Part shown: positions 25,191-39,072 of the stretch, in pieces
Numbering within the stretch: the stretch's first letter is position 1
Layout: every line of letters begins with the position of its first letter
Origin: Felis catus
Lineage: Eukaryota
DNA length: 64,000 nt
Direction of reading: 5' to 3'
Assembly: GCF_018350175.1 (NCBI RefSeq)
Contig: NC_058368.1
Span: forward strand, 56,670,001-56,734,000
Notes under the pieces: model-generated
Seen by the model: the letters and a program-made list of their open reading frames with translations, nothing else
What the model was told of the DNA's origin: nothing
Database searches by the model: none
Made by a program: the position numbers and the translations under genes

Positions 25191-26520
25191 CTCTCAGTCC
25201 CTGGCTATACCTTAGTCATATCTTACAGATGTTGCTTCTGTCCCATTGCCTATTTTCTTAGTCTTCATCTTCTTGGACATCTTGATGTTGGGTAAGGAAA
25301 CATTTTTGTAATACTCATACTTTTGGGTTTCTTCTCTGATTGAAGCCTTGCTTTTCTCCTCTGATGAAAAACATTTTCTCCTCCCCTAAACGGGCACTAC
25401 TTAATATTCCCTTGAGGGAAAAAGGGAACTAGTATCTCTACCATTCCTAAAACACCCACCCCTGCAATAAACTAAGAATGCATGTATCTAGGTGCACAGT
25501 CTCTAATGAAACCACACCTCAGGCCAGCATGTGGGGCTTTGAGTTCATCTATACCCCATCAGTGTATGTTCATTTTCTAAATCCATAGACCCTGGATCAC
25601 CACCTATTTGTTCAGTATCCCAAGCTATTGATTCTGTACGCAGTCCTCCTCTATAAGTGGTCCCAATCCTTCAAAGTAAAGATAAGAGTGGGGAGGATCT
25701 TCTGAGTTAAAGGCTACCTAGATTACTCTGAATTCCAAAGAGAGTATTGACAAAGAGAGCATCCATGTTTTCCCAACTCTACATTTCTAATATTTGAAGT
25801 GTCACATATGAAGAGTGATGCATGAAAACCCTAAGTAAGAAAATCTGGTTACACAAATACATGATGGATTACTTAACATTACAGTGACTAAAATCTTCCC
25901 ATTCAGGAGAAGCAAGAAGACAAGACAGAAACTCTCCCATAGCCCACATGTTCTGTCAACACATTTAGGAATGTAGGTCATATTCTTGACCTATGAATGG
26001 CAGTTTTTTTATGTGGAAAACTCCATCCAAACTTTCCTTCATTCCTTCTCCAAAGGTGCAACTAAATATGCCTTATGTTGCTATTGCTCAAATACAGTTC
26101 TTTTCTATTTGCATGAAGTTTTTTCTCTTTGTAATCTCATTACTCCAAAGGAGGATTGATGTACCATGACCGAAACAATGAGGAGTAGAATGTAGCAGGC
26201 TTGACCCAGACTCTAATTATCAAACAGAAATAACACTGAAATCTTGCTAAGCCACTCTTCTGCAGTTAAAATAATCCATACTACCCCACATTTTTGCCTC
26301 TTTATTCTCTTCACAAACCCCACCATCCCCTGATCTGTACCCCCTGCCTTATCTCTGTCTTGTTGATCTGCACCAATTTCTTCAAATCTTTCTTCTTCCA
26401 CTAGGTAAATGTCATACCTTTCCATCTCCCTATTGCCTGTATTCCTCACTTACAAATAGTTCTCTTTCACCTGTTGTAATTTTGTATCATATTCTGTCTT
26501 GTCCTTATCTGTCATAATTA

Positions 26521-26743
26521 TTTTATTTTTTATTATTTTTAATGTTTCAAGTTCTATTTAAATTTTAGTTAGTGGGGGCACCTGGATGGCTCAATTGGTT
26601 AAGCATCTGTTGCTTGATCTCAGCTCAGGTCATGATCTCACAAGCTCATGAGTTTGAGCCCCACATTGGGGTATGCACTGTCTGTGTGGAGCCTGCTTGG
26701 GATTCTCTCTCTCCCTGTCTCTCTGTCCCTCCCAGGCTCATTT

Positions 26744-26775
<32 letters not shown>

Positions 26776-26988
26776 TCTCTCTCTCTCAGTCTCTCTCTCT
26801 CTCTCTCTCTCTGTTTCTCTCTCTCTCTCTCAGAATAAATAAACTAAAAAATAAAATAAAATAAATTAAATAAATTTTAGTTACCATATATTCTAATATT
26901 AGTTTCAGGTGTAGAATTTAGTGCTTTGTTACTTATCTCTAACACCCAGTGCTCATCTCAAGTGCCCTCCTTAATACCTATCACTCAT
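26521..26988 (-). mobile_element. Carnivore L1 extreme 3' end, interrupted by a SINE
   Basis: T-rich tail, then 'aatattagtttcaggtgtagaatttagtg...aacacccagtgctcatctcaagtgccctccttaatacc'. Confidence 0.85.
26575..26870 (+). mobile_element. Carnivore SINE with an expanded (CT)n tract
   Basis: Full structure; TSD taaattttagtta (26559-26571 / 26871-26883). Confidence 0.95.
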
Positions 26989-28483
26989 CATGTTCTATTC
27001 CTAAATTATACTCATTTAATACAAAATTTATATCTTGAAATATAAAACATGTGAAAAGCAAATGTGTGCTTTACCCTCAGATGTGTTTTTAAAATGAGTA
27101 ATTATACTCAGTCATTCAGTGGTTTGAGAACATTTTCAAATTGAATAAAACAAATTTTAATTTGAATAAAACAAAGTCAGTCAAACTAGATACAGGGTTC
27201 TGGCTCACATTAGCTTTTGGTTTATGCCGGTCTGTAATTGTGATTCTTTGTGTGCAATTGGATGTCATCCAGTTTGGGATGCCCAAATGCACTGGTATTC
27301 TCGGCCACTACTGTTCTCTTCCATGAAAGTAATTTTCTATATCCCCACTATAATTAAGCACAAAGCATTTCATGTAAATTTGGAGGAAATTTTCATTTCA
27401 TTCAGCTCAGATGAAGTTAGAGACTACCATTCTAACAAACACAGAATTAAGTGGGGCTTTCTAAATATTGAGATAGGGAAATGGCCAGTAGCTTTTCTAG
27501 AAAATACTATGGCTAAATGTACTGATGGGACTATTTCACAATAACCAGGAAAGTATGACCAGGGCTAAATATTTCAACATATGGATGAAGATTCAAAAAG
27601 TATATAAACAATCCGCAGTTTTTCTTCTCTGCCTACGGATTTCATAAAGCTATTTTTATTAAATTTTCCAAAAATAATGGTTTCATAAAAAGAGATTTTA
27701 ATAATGATACCTTATAATCAGACCATGTGACTTTATCTAGACTTTGAACTGGCAAAAAATTCAAACCAGCTTGTTAAAAGATTTATAAATAATAATAATA
27801 ATAATAATATTTTTTATGTTCTCTGGATGGTCCTTATAATGTTGTTTAATAATTTTTTTTCAAAAAAAGTTTAAATCTATTAACTACTAAATAAATATGT
27901 CCAGAAATTTTGTTTATTTCTAATATAATGCCTTGTATTTTTCTGCAGGCATAAAAAATCTAATGGATATTTTTCTCTGGTATTAATAAGGAAATATTTT
28001 CTTTAACATTAGAATTATTTAGAAATAGCCATTATCATAACTTTAAGGAATATTAAATAATAAAATCATAGCCAGATAAAGAAATTAAGTATTATTATCC
28101 AGTTATATAAATTATAAAGTTGGTATAGAATTATTTAGTGGTTTGTTTAAGGACTTAGAAAGATGAAAAGTAAATTGAAGGGGAAAAATTTATATTCAAA
28201 GAATGACTAACATCAACGTTTACCTTTCTTTCCTGTATTCAATAAAATTTAAGATTACTTTTGAAATGTTTTAAATCTCCTTCATTTGGTAGCAATATCT
28301 TATAGGGAATTCTGAATGGTTTTCATACCTGAATCCTACTCTACCCCATTCCATCTTCCCAGTTTTCTAGCTTAGAGGTCTGTGCACATGAATATCAATC
28401 ACTAAATTAAAAATGAAACTTTATTTGCTCTTTGGCAAACGGCTGCTCATTTAGCATTGGAGCACAGTAGTATATATTTGGCA

Positions 28484-28884
28484 TAGTAGTCCTCCTTATC
28501 CATGGTTCCGCTTTTCATGGTTTCAGTCACCCACATTCAATTGTGGTCAGAAGTCAGAGTATCTGCATCATTCACCTCACTTCATCCCATCACACAAGAC
28601 AGTTCATCATTTCACATCATCACAAGAAGGGTAAATGCAGTACATAAGATATTTTGAGAGAGAGGGAGAGACCACATTCACAACTTTTATTACAGTACAT
28701 TATTAAAATCATTCTATTTTATCATTAGTCATTGTTGTTAATCTTTTACTGTGCCTAATTTATAGATTACACTTTATCATATGTATGTGTAGGAAAGTCT
28801 TAGTATATAGAGGGTTTGGTACTGTCTGCAGTTTCAGGCATTCACAGGGAGTCTTGCTATCCCACAGATAAGGGAAGAGTTCTG
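28484..28884 (+). mobile_element. MER44-like (Tigger7 derivative, TcMar-Tigger) DNA transposon
   Basis: Terminal inverted repeats 'agtagtcctccttatccatgg' and 'cacagataagggaagagttctg'; internal 'taagatattttgagagag...accacattcac', 'gggtttggtactgtctgcagtttcaggcattcac'. Confidence 0.88.
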
Positions 28885-29199
28885 TAATTTGTTTTGAACA
28901 TGTGTTTCAGAACTGAAAGCAAAAGTGAGTACCTATCTCTTTCCGAGCAGTGCCCATATAAAAAGGATTAATGAAGGTAGAAATACCAAACTCAAGCCAG
29001 CTTCAAACTTACCTATTTTTAGATATCCTCTGACCTTCTTTAATTCAAATTTGTGGTGATCAGAAAATAAACTGTGTATAATTCCATACTTTAGAGTGTA
29101 TTGACACTTGGTTTATGTGTAGTGTGTGCTGTATTCTGTTTTATACTTAATATGCCTTACAAAGAATATGTATCCTCAATAATTATTTTTTCATTTTAT

Positions 29200-30040
29200 T
29201 ATAAAAATGTATGTTGCAGTTGAATGGTAGTGTTTCATAATATTAATTACTATTATCATTAGGTTAAGATGTTTGATGATGTCCAAATCTTTTGTATTAT
29301 TGATTATGTACACATATATGTGTATGCATCTATTTTATATATGTATACTTAGGTATACATGTACAAATGTGTGTGTATGTATGTGAACCTGTGGGCTCTA
29401 TCAATTACTGATGATGAAATTTATAACTGTAATTGTAGATTTGTATTTTTATACTTTTAGATATGGTAAAATAAGCCTTAAGTACTTTGGGAGTTTTGTT
29501 ATTAAATACATACATATACATATCGAGGATTATTTTGTCCTACTGATGAATTAAACTTTTTACTATAATGAAACATTCTCTTTTGTGTCTTATATTGTAT
29601 CTTACCTTTAATTATACTATTTCTAATATTAATTTAACCACTCCAGCTTTCTTAGGATTAACATTTGTGTGATACATCTCTTCTTGTCATTTGACTTTTA
29701 AGTCACTTTATGTTTGTATGTCATCTGCTGGAAACATTACGTATTTAATATCTAATCAAGATGTCAGCTTTTAATTTAAATGTTTACCTTGATTACACTA
29801 ATGTGATTATCAATACAGTGAGGTTTTGGTATGTTATCTTCCTATTTACTTTGAAATGTTTCATTCTCTTTGTTTATTTTTTCTACCTTCATTTGAATAC
29901 ACTGAATAATTGTAGTGTTTCCTTTTATGTCTTCTATTGTTTTTTTAGCTGTATCTATTTTATTTTTATCATTGCCATTTTTATTATTTTAATTGCTAGT
30001 CTTTGCTCTAGGCATTACAGCACAAATCCTTAATTTATTA
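29200..30040 (-). mobile_element. Ancient L1M fragment (ORF2 5' region and inter-ORF spacer)
   Basis: 'ctctatcaattactga...aactgtaattgtagatttg', 'tttctaatattaatttaaccactccagctttctt'. Confidence 0.65.
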
Positions 30041-30058
30041 CTGTCTCTTTTCATAATA

Positions 30059-30271
30059 TTTTAATGTTTATTTATTTTGAAAGAGAGAGAAAGAAAGAGA
30101 GAGAGAGAGAGCATGAATGGGGAAGGGCAGAGAGAGAGAAGGAGAGGATCCCAAGCAGGCTCCGCACTGTCAGCTCAGAGCCTGACACAGGATTCAAACT
30201 CGGGAACTGTGAGATCATGACCTGAGCCAAGCTCAAGAGCTGGTCTCTTACCTGAGCCACCCAGCCACCCC
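30059..30271 (-). mobile_element. Carnivore SINE
   Basis: Reverse-complement SINE; TSD attactgtct. Confidence 0.94.
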
Positions 30272-32677
30272 ATTACTGTCTGTCTTAAATAAACATATCT
30301 TCTCTGAAGGATTAAGTAATCAATCCCAATTATTCTGTGGTTTATATTTTTCCAATATTGACTTTGGAATCTGTGTATAGCTACTAGCTCACATTGTGAA
30401 TATATTCAATAACCTAAAACTCAGTTGAAAAAAATCTCTTCTAAAGAAATTAATTATGCTGTTATTATCAGCTTTTTCTATACTCTGGGAAAACCTAATT
30501 GAGGCCATTGACTTTTCCCAAGTCTGTGCCTTCTACAGCACAATGAGAACAACAATCTGTGTCCATAAAATCTTTATGAAGACAATTATTTCCTCATATT
30601 TTAATTTCTCGAACTCTGTTTTTTACTATAGCACTCAAGTGGTAGTACATGACTTTGTATTCAATAGATGGTTTAATTTTCTACCTTTGTCAGACAGGGA
30701 AACAAAATAAAGTAAACAAATTTTGTTAGATATTGTTCAGTATTAAGAGATGTTGTTAAATCTTCCTGATTTGTAGGTATGTTTCAGAGAAATCCGGTTT
30801 TGAGCTAAATCTTCTGTGGCTCTAGAAGTCTATTTTTCTTAGTCTCCAAGGGAAGGATACCTGTCTTTACTTTCTTCAGTCCATAAGTACTTCCTAATGG
30901 AAGGGAAGAATTTTCTATTTATACCCATTTTATGTTCTCTGATAGATAATGTGACACTGAAACGTGATTCTTTCCTTAATACACAATGCCTTTTGTGTCA
31001 ATAAAGCCAAACTAGACCCACTGTCTATGCAAATGTTTCGTAGTGCCTTTGTTCGCAATAGTAGTTCTTGTTGTTTACTTAACACTTGATCTTAAAACGA
31101 ATTACATATGGCAGAGACTTCTTGCGGTAGCGATATCTCTTTCTAATAGGAATTTCTTTCTTTTTAAAAATCAGATTTTTGGGACTACCATTGCATTGAG
31201 AGTAACTGTTTGTCAAAGACAGTGCAGCAGTGTCAGAGAAAAAGGAACTAATCAAGTGACAAGAATGAGCAAATGTGCCCCTCCTACTTATCCTCCAGTT
31301 AACTAAAGTTATCTAGCCTTCATCCATGGCTGTAACAGGGTCATATTATTTTATAGAAAAAAAGTACAGAAGTGATGGCTGACCCACGTCTCAAAATCCT
31401 CTTTATCTTCAATTGCCAGCAGCATGAAATAGAAAAAAAAAAAGGAATAGATACATAAGCTATTCTAATGGCTCGGATAATGTAGAAGTCCACTTATTAC
31501 AATTAATGTAGATGTATTCTCTCTCTCAAATGTATCACTAAACATGGAGCCATGCTGAGTTAATTTCCAGCTTTCCTTTTATGTTTTTAAATTAGAAAAA
31601 GACAGGTGATATTGGTGGAGGAAAAGAAAGAGGACAAAAGAAAATAACATTAAGCCTTTTCAGAGCTCCCTGTTTTCCCTTTTTCCCAAAAAATATTAGT
31701 TTGAAAAAGTTGACAATACATAATTTTTACACAAGTTCATCCTTTCTCTTGCAGAATCACAGATATACAAAAATAGCTCGAAGTGGAAATTAAATCTCCC
31801 AACAATACAAAAACTTGAGTATTTGGAAAACACTTAATTTGGGTAGTAGTAAGAGTAGGAAAAAAAAAGAAAGAAAGAAAGTAAACATGCTCAGAGAGTC
31901 TGGGTCAAGCCCTTTGCAATTTCATGCTGTAGGGAATATGACCAGCCTATAATAATGATATAAATTGTCAATTAAGGAGAAAAATGGGTCATGGTCTCTA
32001 TGTGAGACCATAGTAGAAGTTGGATAAAAAAGAGAATTAAAGAGTTTTCTTCAGAGACATGCCTATACCTTCAAAACAATGTCATTCAAACTCTGTATTT
32101 CAGGCCTTTCATTATAAAAACTACTAACTTTGAGAATAGACTATTCTTTACTACATTACTAATTCTTTTTTATCTTGAAAAATCATGAAATGTATTGGAA
32201 ATACATCCAAATATGAAAAATTTGCTGATTATTTGTGCCATTAATACTTCTGTGGCAAAAACCCAGATTCTTTTCACTAATAGCACAGAAAAGTAATGTA
32301 ACCTAATGTAATGGAAGAGGGGTATGGCCCCATGATCATAAATGATCTTACTGTAAGATAGACACACACATAAACACACACACACACATTCAGGAAAATG
32401 CACAAAATTGTCTTTGAGTTCAAGGTCTTAATTAGCTTCTAAACATTGCAGGTTCCACAAGAGGATGAGGTTTAAGGAAGTAGTTGTGTCTCCCTGTTTA
32501 CCCCAACTCCTCCTTTGCTATTAGGCCTTTAACCTCAAGGAGTTGCTGCCTTCATAAAGCTGCTTTCTGGAGAGGTCTTCAAGAAATCAAATTTCCCTTT
32601 CTCTGACCTTTCCATTCCTCTTTCAAATCTCCATTTTTCTCTCCTTTGAGATAATCTCTTCTAAACAATTAAATATG

Positions 32678-32890
32678 AGGGATGCCTGGGTGGCTCAGTT
32701 GGTTAAGCATCCAACTTCGCCTCAGGTCATGATCTCACAATTTGTGAGTGTGAGCCCCACATTAGGCTCTGTGTTAACAGGTCAGAGCTTGAAGCCAGCT
32801 TCAGATTCTGTGTCTCCCTCTCTCTCTGCCCCTCTCCTACTCATGTTCTGCCTCTCTCTCAAAAATAAACATTTTAAAAAGTTTTTTTAA
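32678..32890 (+). mobile_element. SINEC_Fc2-like SINE
   Basis: Full structure; TSD aa(c/t)aattaaatatg. Confidence 0.95.
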
Positions 32891-33774
32891 ATAATAATTA
32901 AATATGGTTTATCATTCATTTGCTTCTGTTTTCAATCCTTTCAATCCCATTCTAGTATTGTGATGCTACAGTTGAACTCTATTTTTTTTCTAGTTCCCAT
33001 GCTCAGAAAACCTCAGATGTTTCCTCTGTTTTCTTTTCTTTATCCTGGTTTTGATATATTGGACTCCAGGAAATAGAAGGATGAGAAAGCCACCATATCT
33101 GTGCTTGAATCTGTATAACCATAATCTCTCTTTGTGATGGCCCTAGTGGAATGGAGTATCAAAATTACCATCAGTCAGCTGTTCCCCATTGGGAAGAGGC
33201 AAAAAATTTAATAAAAAAAATTCCATAGAGTGGTGCCATCTTACATTTTGATGGGAAATATATTATCAGCATAGAAATGTGACTCAGAACAAGAAGATAT
33301 AAAGTCTTTGGAGGTAACTAGTTGAATCAGGCAATTTTTTTTCATTTGAAAGAATATTTAACTTAATAAATATACTCTTTGTACCTACTAGGTAAAAATC
33401 AATTTATAAGAAACTGGAGATTTCTTATAAGAAATCTGTGGCCAGTTATGACATTCTTTTTGTTTTATGTTTATTCCACACAAAGATTCATTACTTAATT
33501 TACTCTTGAGATAGCCAGGAAATTTGAAATATTTAATTTATTGGTGTGGTAAATAAATAATGGTATTTATTACCATATATCCAAATTATAAATTAAATAA
33601 AGGTGAATAGCACATGAATGAGAACATTTAAATCAGAATTATAGGTACATCACAGCTACATCTTTATAGGAAGTCAAACTGGGGTCAGAAATGTGCTAGT
33701 TAACTATAAATTTAAAATGCGACAAGAACAGTGTGATTCAAAACAGGAGGGATGCTTATAGAGACAAAAATCAT

Positions 33775-33990
33775 GATGGTTGAAAGTCTTGGAGCAGGTT
33801 ACAGTGAATTCAAGTCTTGACTCTGACACTGTCTACCTGTGTCACTTTGAGAAGATCATTTAACTGCTTAGTGATTTCGTTTTATTTGCCTGTACAATGG
33901 TGATTATAATAGTACCTACCTTCAGGGTTGTTACAGAGGTTAAAGCTGCTTAGACTAATTCTTCTTTCTTAGTAAGTGCCAGGCTGCTAA
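33775..33990 (+). mobile_element. MIR
   Basis: MIR core 'ctgtgtcactttgagaagatcatttaac...ctgtacaatggtgattataatagtacctaccttcagggttgtt'. Confidence 0.75.
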
Positions 33991-35017
33991 TATATCAAGT
34001 TATAATATCCTGACACTTTCTTTTCTGCAAAGAAATGTTGTCACTCCAGAGACTATCATTATTGAGTACATGGGCCAGGAAATTTCTTCCTTAATAGAGT
34101 TGGAGACCTAGTGCTAACTTGGGGCTTCGCAGATTCATTTTACTAGCTTCACTTCCTGCCACCTCATTCACTTCACAGTATTCAGAGAAGCAAAAACACA
34201 ATAATTAGGTTTCGGTTAAGTAAGTTGCCATCCCATTTCAGTTCTACTTTTCTGAGATTTTACCCAGGAGACTGGAATGATGCTTTGGGTATTTTCAAAA
34301 TTGTCAGTTTCAGATTTACATATAACAATTGCATTTACTCTTGAAGTATGCAATTAATGCCCATTAAATTTGGATTTAAACCTGAATTGGGAAACCCTAC
34401 TCTCATTGATTGCAAGTTTTTGAATTCTTTCTTTTCCTAGAATGAACTATATTACCTTAACAATAAACCTAAACCTTTAGTGATTTTAGTTTTTATATTT
34501 TGATTTTGCTTGCTTAACTGATGGTAAAGTATTACAATGATAGATTTGAGGGGCTTATAAATTAAGTCCAAGATAATACACATGTTGGAAACTGGCATTT
34601 ATTACTCTTTTAATGGCCTGATCAATACAACAAATATTGTCCATTAATAACTAGATGGATCCTGCATTGCAGAATTTGTGTTGATGGCATCATTATGGCT
34701 GTTAACTTTCAATGATTTTATTTATTCAAAATATGTCCAGGGAACCATGGGAGAAATTTTATTATTGATTTGATATAATTTAGTTTTTTTTATTTTTTAA
34801 GTGTCAGTATTTTGTGTTAGGTTTATAGTTCCTGCAAATGCATTCCACTCATAGTTACTATGAATGACTTATTCTTTGTGTCTTACTTGGTAATATATGT
34901 GAACAAGAAAATAAGATGTTCTTGATTTCTTTCTCCCATGATACAGACCAGGTAAATATAAAATGAAACAGTCAAAACCTGTGAATGAATCCTCAAATGA
35001 TCAGTAGAAATAAAATA

Positions 35018-35257
35018 CAATAGACTTTGAAACAATGTAGGGGTTAGGGGTGCCAACCCCTATATACCTGAAAATCTGCATATAACTTTTTGACTCCCCC
35101 CAAAACTTAACTTAACTTCTATTGTCCAGAAGGCCTTATGAAAGCATGAACAGTTAACACGTATTTTGTATATGTATTATATACTGCACTCTTACCATAA
35201 AAGTAAGCCAGAGGAAAAAATGTTAAGAGAATCATAAGGCTGTTCAAGGGTTAGCTG
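35018..35257 (+). mobile_element. Tigger2a/MER8-like DNA transposon (TcMar-Tigger)
   Basis: TA TSD on both sides; TIRs 'caatagactttgaaaca' and 'tgttcaagggttagctg'; internal 'ggggttaggggtgccaacccc', 'gaaaatctgcatataactttttgactcccc'. Confidence 0.88.
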
Positions 35258-35875
35258 TACTCTAACATGATGATTCCATGGCCTCTTGTGCAATCTCTCT
35301 AGTGGAGCCCCAAAGGCACTGAGTTTCTACCACATCAGACATGTAATCTAATCTAATTCTCATAAGACTCTTAAGGACACTGAGAGAGGCTACAGATATG
35401 ATGGAAAGAATTGGCACAACTATAGATGCTTCTTGACTCTTACAATCACTCATTATAAAATAACTTTGTTTCAAATGAATTTCACAATCACAATCTCTTT
35501 GTTCAGTTACTTAAGTAGTTCATTCATCCTTCATAAGTAGCATTTGTGTGCTTTGTAAATTTACCTTCTTGAAGATAAATATTACTTTGTCAGTGAAAAA
35601 AGTCATAACCACATTCCTGAGAAAAAATTAAAGCAGTGTATTTGTTGAATGTTGATATTAGTATTTCTGTTTAAATAGTTTTTAATTTATCTAAAGTGAT
35701 AACAAAAGCTTTACCATTAGTAATATAAAATTTGTAATTTTAATATAATATTTGCACTTTAGAATTTAAGCTGTGTAAGAAAAAATAATATGGACAATAG
35801 TCCATAGTGTCAACAAGTTTTAATGATTTCATTTCTCACTTTTAGTTACTAGTTCTTTCTTTTTAGAAATAGTTT

Positions 35876-36079
35876 GGGGGTTCCTGGGTAGGTCAATAAG
35901 TTTAAGTGTATGGCTCTTGTATTCAGCTCAGGGCATGATCTCACAGTTCAAGAGCTCAAGTCCAGTGTCTGGTTCTGCACTGACAGCATGGAGCTTACTT
36001 GAGACTCTCTGTATCCCTCTCTCACTCTGCCCCATGCTCTCACTCTCTCTCTTTCAAAATAATAAACTAAAAAAAAAAA
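35876..36079 (+). mobile_element. Carnivore SINE (diverged)
   Basis: Head, CT tract, A tail; TSD aaatagtttgg. Confidence 0.9.
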
Positions 36080-36504
36080 GATAAATAGTTTGGAAATGAA
36101 AGAAAGTAAAGGAGTAAATGGAGTAAAATTTGTTATAGCAGATGAAAGAATAATATATGGTGTAGATATATGAAAGTTCCTGGGAGGACCTCAGAAATGA
36201 CCTAGTAACTCCGTAATCTCTCAGATAAACTGTAATGAGACATCAGAGCAGATTTATCAGCCTCTCCAAAAACATCACTGTATTTTAACTCCCATCTCCT
36301 CATCCTAATGCTATATACTGTGTTTTGCCTTTTAGGCAAATTACTAGTGCTCTATATTTAAGTCTTGTTTTTTTATTGTAGTCATTTCAAGATGTGGGTA
36401 TTTTAAAATACCACACATGGAAAGCTTGAAGATTTCATAAATGAAAGATACTTTCTTCTGTTGGAATTTATTTTAGAAGTAATGTGTGCATTACATTATT
36501 TTTT

Positions 36505-36518
36505 TTGAAGTTTATTTT

Positions 36519-36573
<55 letters not shown>

Positions 36574-36698
36574 AGAGGAGGGGCAGAGAGAGAGAGAGAA
36601 TCCCAAACGTGTGGGACATGAACCCATGAAACATGAGATCATGACCTGAGCTAAAACCAAGAGTCGGCTCTTAACCTACTGAGCCACCCAGGTGCCCC
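36505..36698 (-). mobile_element. Carnivore SINE with an internal deletion and (GA)n tract
   Basis: Perfect 18-bp TSD tgcattacattatttttt (36487-36504 / 36699-36716). Confidence 0.95.
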
Positions 36699-36753
36699 TG
36701 CATTACATTATTTTTTGGATACCTTACCTATGGTTTCTAAATCATCTAAATTA

Positions 36754-36756
<3 letters not shown>

Positions 36757-36784
<28 letters not shown>
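36757..36784. repeat. (TG)n microsatellite
   Basis: Direct observation. Confidence 0.95.
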
Positions 36785-36786
<2 letters not shown>

Positions 36787-36914
36787 CCAGAAAATTTCCT
36801 GGACAGATATAAAAGAAAGAAAGAAAAATACCATAGAACTTAAATATATGTAGTAAGAGCTTTAATAGAAGAAAAAGGAGAGAGGATCAGAAACATACGA
36901 AAGCTGAATAATGT

Positions 36915-37176
36915 TTGTTTGTTTCTTTCTTTATAATTGAGGTGTAATTGAAATACAATATCCTATTAATTTCAGGTGTACATCATAGTGATTCAATATT
37001 TTATACATTACAAAATAATCCCCACAATAAGAATAGTTACCATTTGTCACCATATAGTTATTACAATATTAATGACTATATTCTGTAAACTGTATATTAC
37101 ATCACCATGACTAACCTATTATATAATTGAAAATTTGTGCCTATTTTTTAAATTATTTTTTTAATGCTTATTCATT

Positions 37177-37225
<49 letters not shown>

Positions 37226-38775
37226 GACAGAGTGTGAGCAGGGGAGAGGCAGAGAGAGGAGACACAGAATCTAAAAGCAGGCTTCAGGCTCTAAGCTGTC
37301 AGCACACAGCCCAACACGGGTCTTGAACCCGCAAACTGTGGGATCATGACCTGAGACAAAGTCACTGGCTTAAATGACTGAGCTACCCAGGTGCCCCAAG
37401 AAGTTTGGGCTTCTTTAATCTCCTTTACCTATTTTGCCTGTCCCCAATCCTTCCTGCTTTGGTAATGAATAGTGTGTTTCCTGTGTCTGTGGGTCTGTTT
37501 CTGTTGTTTTGTTTGTTCATTTGTTCTGTTTTTTAGATTCCATGTATCTGTGAAATCATTAGGTGTTTATCTTTCTCTGTCTGACTTATTTCACTTACAT
37601 AATACTCTCTGACTCCACCAATGTTATCACAGATGGCAAGATTTCATTCTTTTTTTTTATGGGGGAGTGATATTTAATATATATATTAAACTTATTTTTA
37701 TCCATTCTTCTATAGATGAACAATTTGGTTACTTTAATATCTTTGCTATTGTAAATAATGCTGCAGTGAACATGGGGGTACATATATCTCTTGGGATTGT
37801 TGTTTTGTTTTTTCATATAGAAACCTGGAAGTGGAATTGCTGGATCACACGATAGTTCTATTTTTAACTTTTTGAGAAAACTTCATACTGTTTTTCATGG
37901 TGGTTGCATCAATTTACAGTCTCATGAACAGTGTATGAGGTTTACCTTTTTCCATATCCTCATCAACACTTATTATTTTTTGACTTTTCAATAATAGCCA
38001 ATCTTATAGGTGTGACATGATAATTCATTGTAGTTTTGATGTGCATTTTCCTGGTGAATAGTGATATTTAACATCTTTTCATGTGCTTGTTGGCCATTTG
38101 TATGTCTTTGGAAAAATACCTGTTCAAGTCCTCTGCCCATTTTCTAATTGGGTTATTTTTTTGTTCTGTTTTTGACATTAAGTTGTATAAGTTCTTTATA
38201 TATTTTAGATATTAACCCTTTATCAGATGTATGATTTGAAAATATTTTGTCCCATCCAGTATGTATAGTTTTCATTTTGTTTAGGTTTCTTGTGCTGTGC
38301 AAAAGCTTTTTACTTTGATGTAATCCCATATGGTTATCTTAGCTTTTGTTGCCCTTGCCTGAGGAGACTGGTCCAAAAAATATTATCAGAGAGCTTACTA
38401 CCTGTTTCCTTCTAGGGGTTTTATGATTTGAGGTTTTACATTCAAATGTTTAATCCATTTTTAAATGTATTTTTGTATATAGTATAAGGTAATGGTTCAG
38501 TTTCATTCTTTTGCACATAGCTGTCCAGTTTTCCCAGCACCATTTATTAAACAGACTATCTTTTCCCCCATTATATACCTTGCCTTATTTTTCATAGATT
38601 AATTGACCATATATGTGCAGGATTTTTTTCTGAGCTTTCTGTTCTGTTCCATTGATGTGTATGTTTCTTTTGTTCCAGTACCTTTCTATTTTGACTATTG
38701 TATATTGTAGTATAGTTTGAAAGCAGGGAATGTGATATCTCCTGCTTTGTTCTTTCTCAAGATTGCGGTGACCTT
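36915..38775 (-). mobile_element. L1 (L1MA9/L1_Carn-like) 3'UTR plus ~1.2 kb of ORF2 3' end, 5'-truncated
   Basis: Continuous antisense L1 motifs: 'tttcaggtgtacatcatagtgattc', 'tgacttatttcactta', 'ggaagtggaattgctggatcac', 'ccagttttcccagcaccatttatt', 'ttgtagtatagtttgaa'. Confidence 0.93.
37144..37397 (-). mobile_element. SINEC_Fc2-like SINE nested in L1, with a long (GA)n tract
   Basis: Reverse-complement SINE ending 'ccaggtgcccc'. Confidence 0.95.
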
Positions 38776-38884
38776 TTTTATATCCTCTTTTTAATTAGGC
38801 TTTTGGGGTTTTCTTGGCAAAGAAAAAAAGCTAGAACAACTTTTTCTTGCAGGTAGATAGAAAGATTTAGATTTTTTTTTTTTT

Positions 38885-39072
38885 GGAAGGATTTAGATTC
38901 TTATCCTGAGTCTTATAAACTATGTGACATTGGGAAAGTTACTTCAACTCTCTGAGCCATGGACTCCTCATCTGTTTAAATAAAGAGAAATAGAATGTAG
39001 TAATGTGGATTAGCTATGATAATATGACACAAAGACATAGAGCATAATGTCAGTAATAAGTATTCAATAAAC
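38885..39072 (+). mobile_element. MIR
   Basis: Core 'ctatgtgacattgggaaagttacttcaactctctgagcc...ctcatctgt' and tail 'taagtattcaataaa'. Confidence 0.75.

Noticed and set aside
31741..31840. Strong-looking splice acceptor (cctttctcttgcag)
   Set aside because: All three frames hit a stop within ~85 nt and there is no convincing donor; a non-coding exon cannot be excluded but is unsupported.
36915..38775. Active L1 or intact ORF2
   Set aside because: 5'-truncated, many stops and frameshifts, and a SINE insertion in the 3'UTR.
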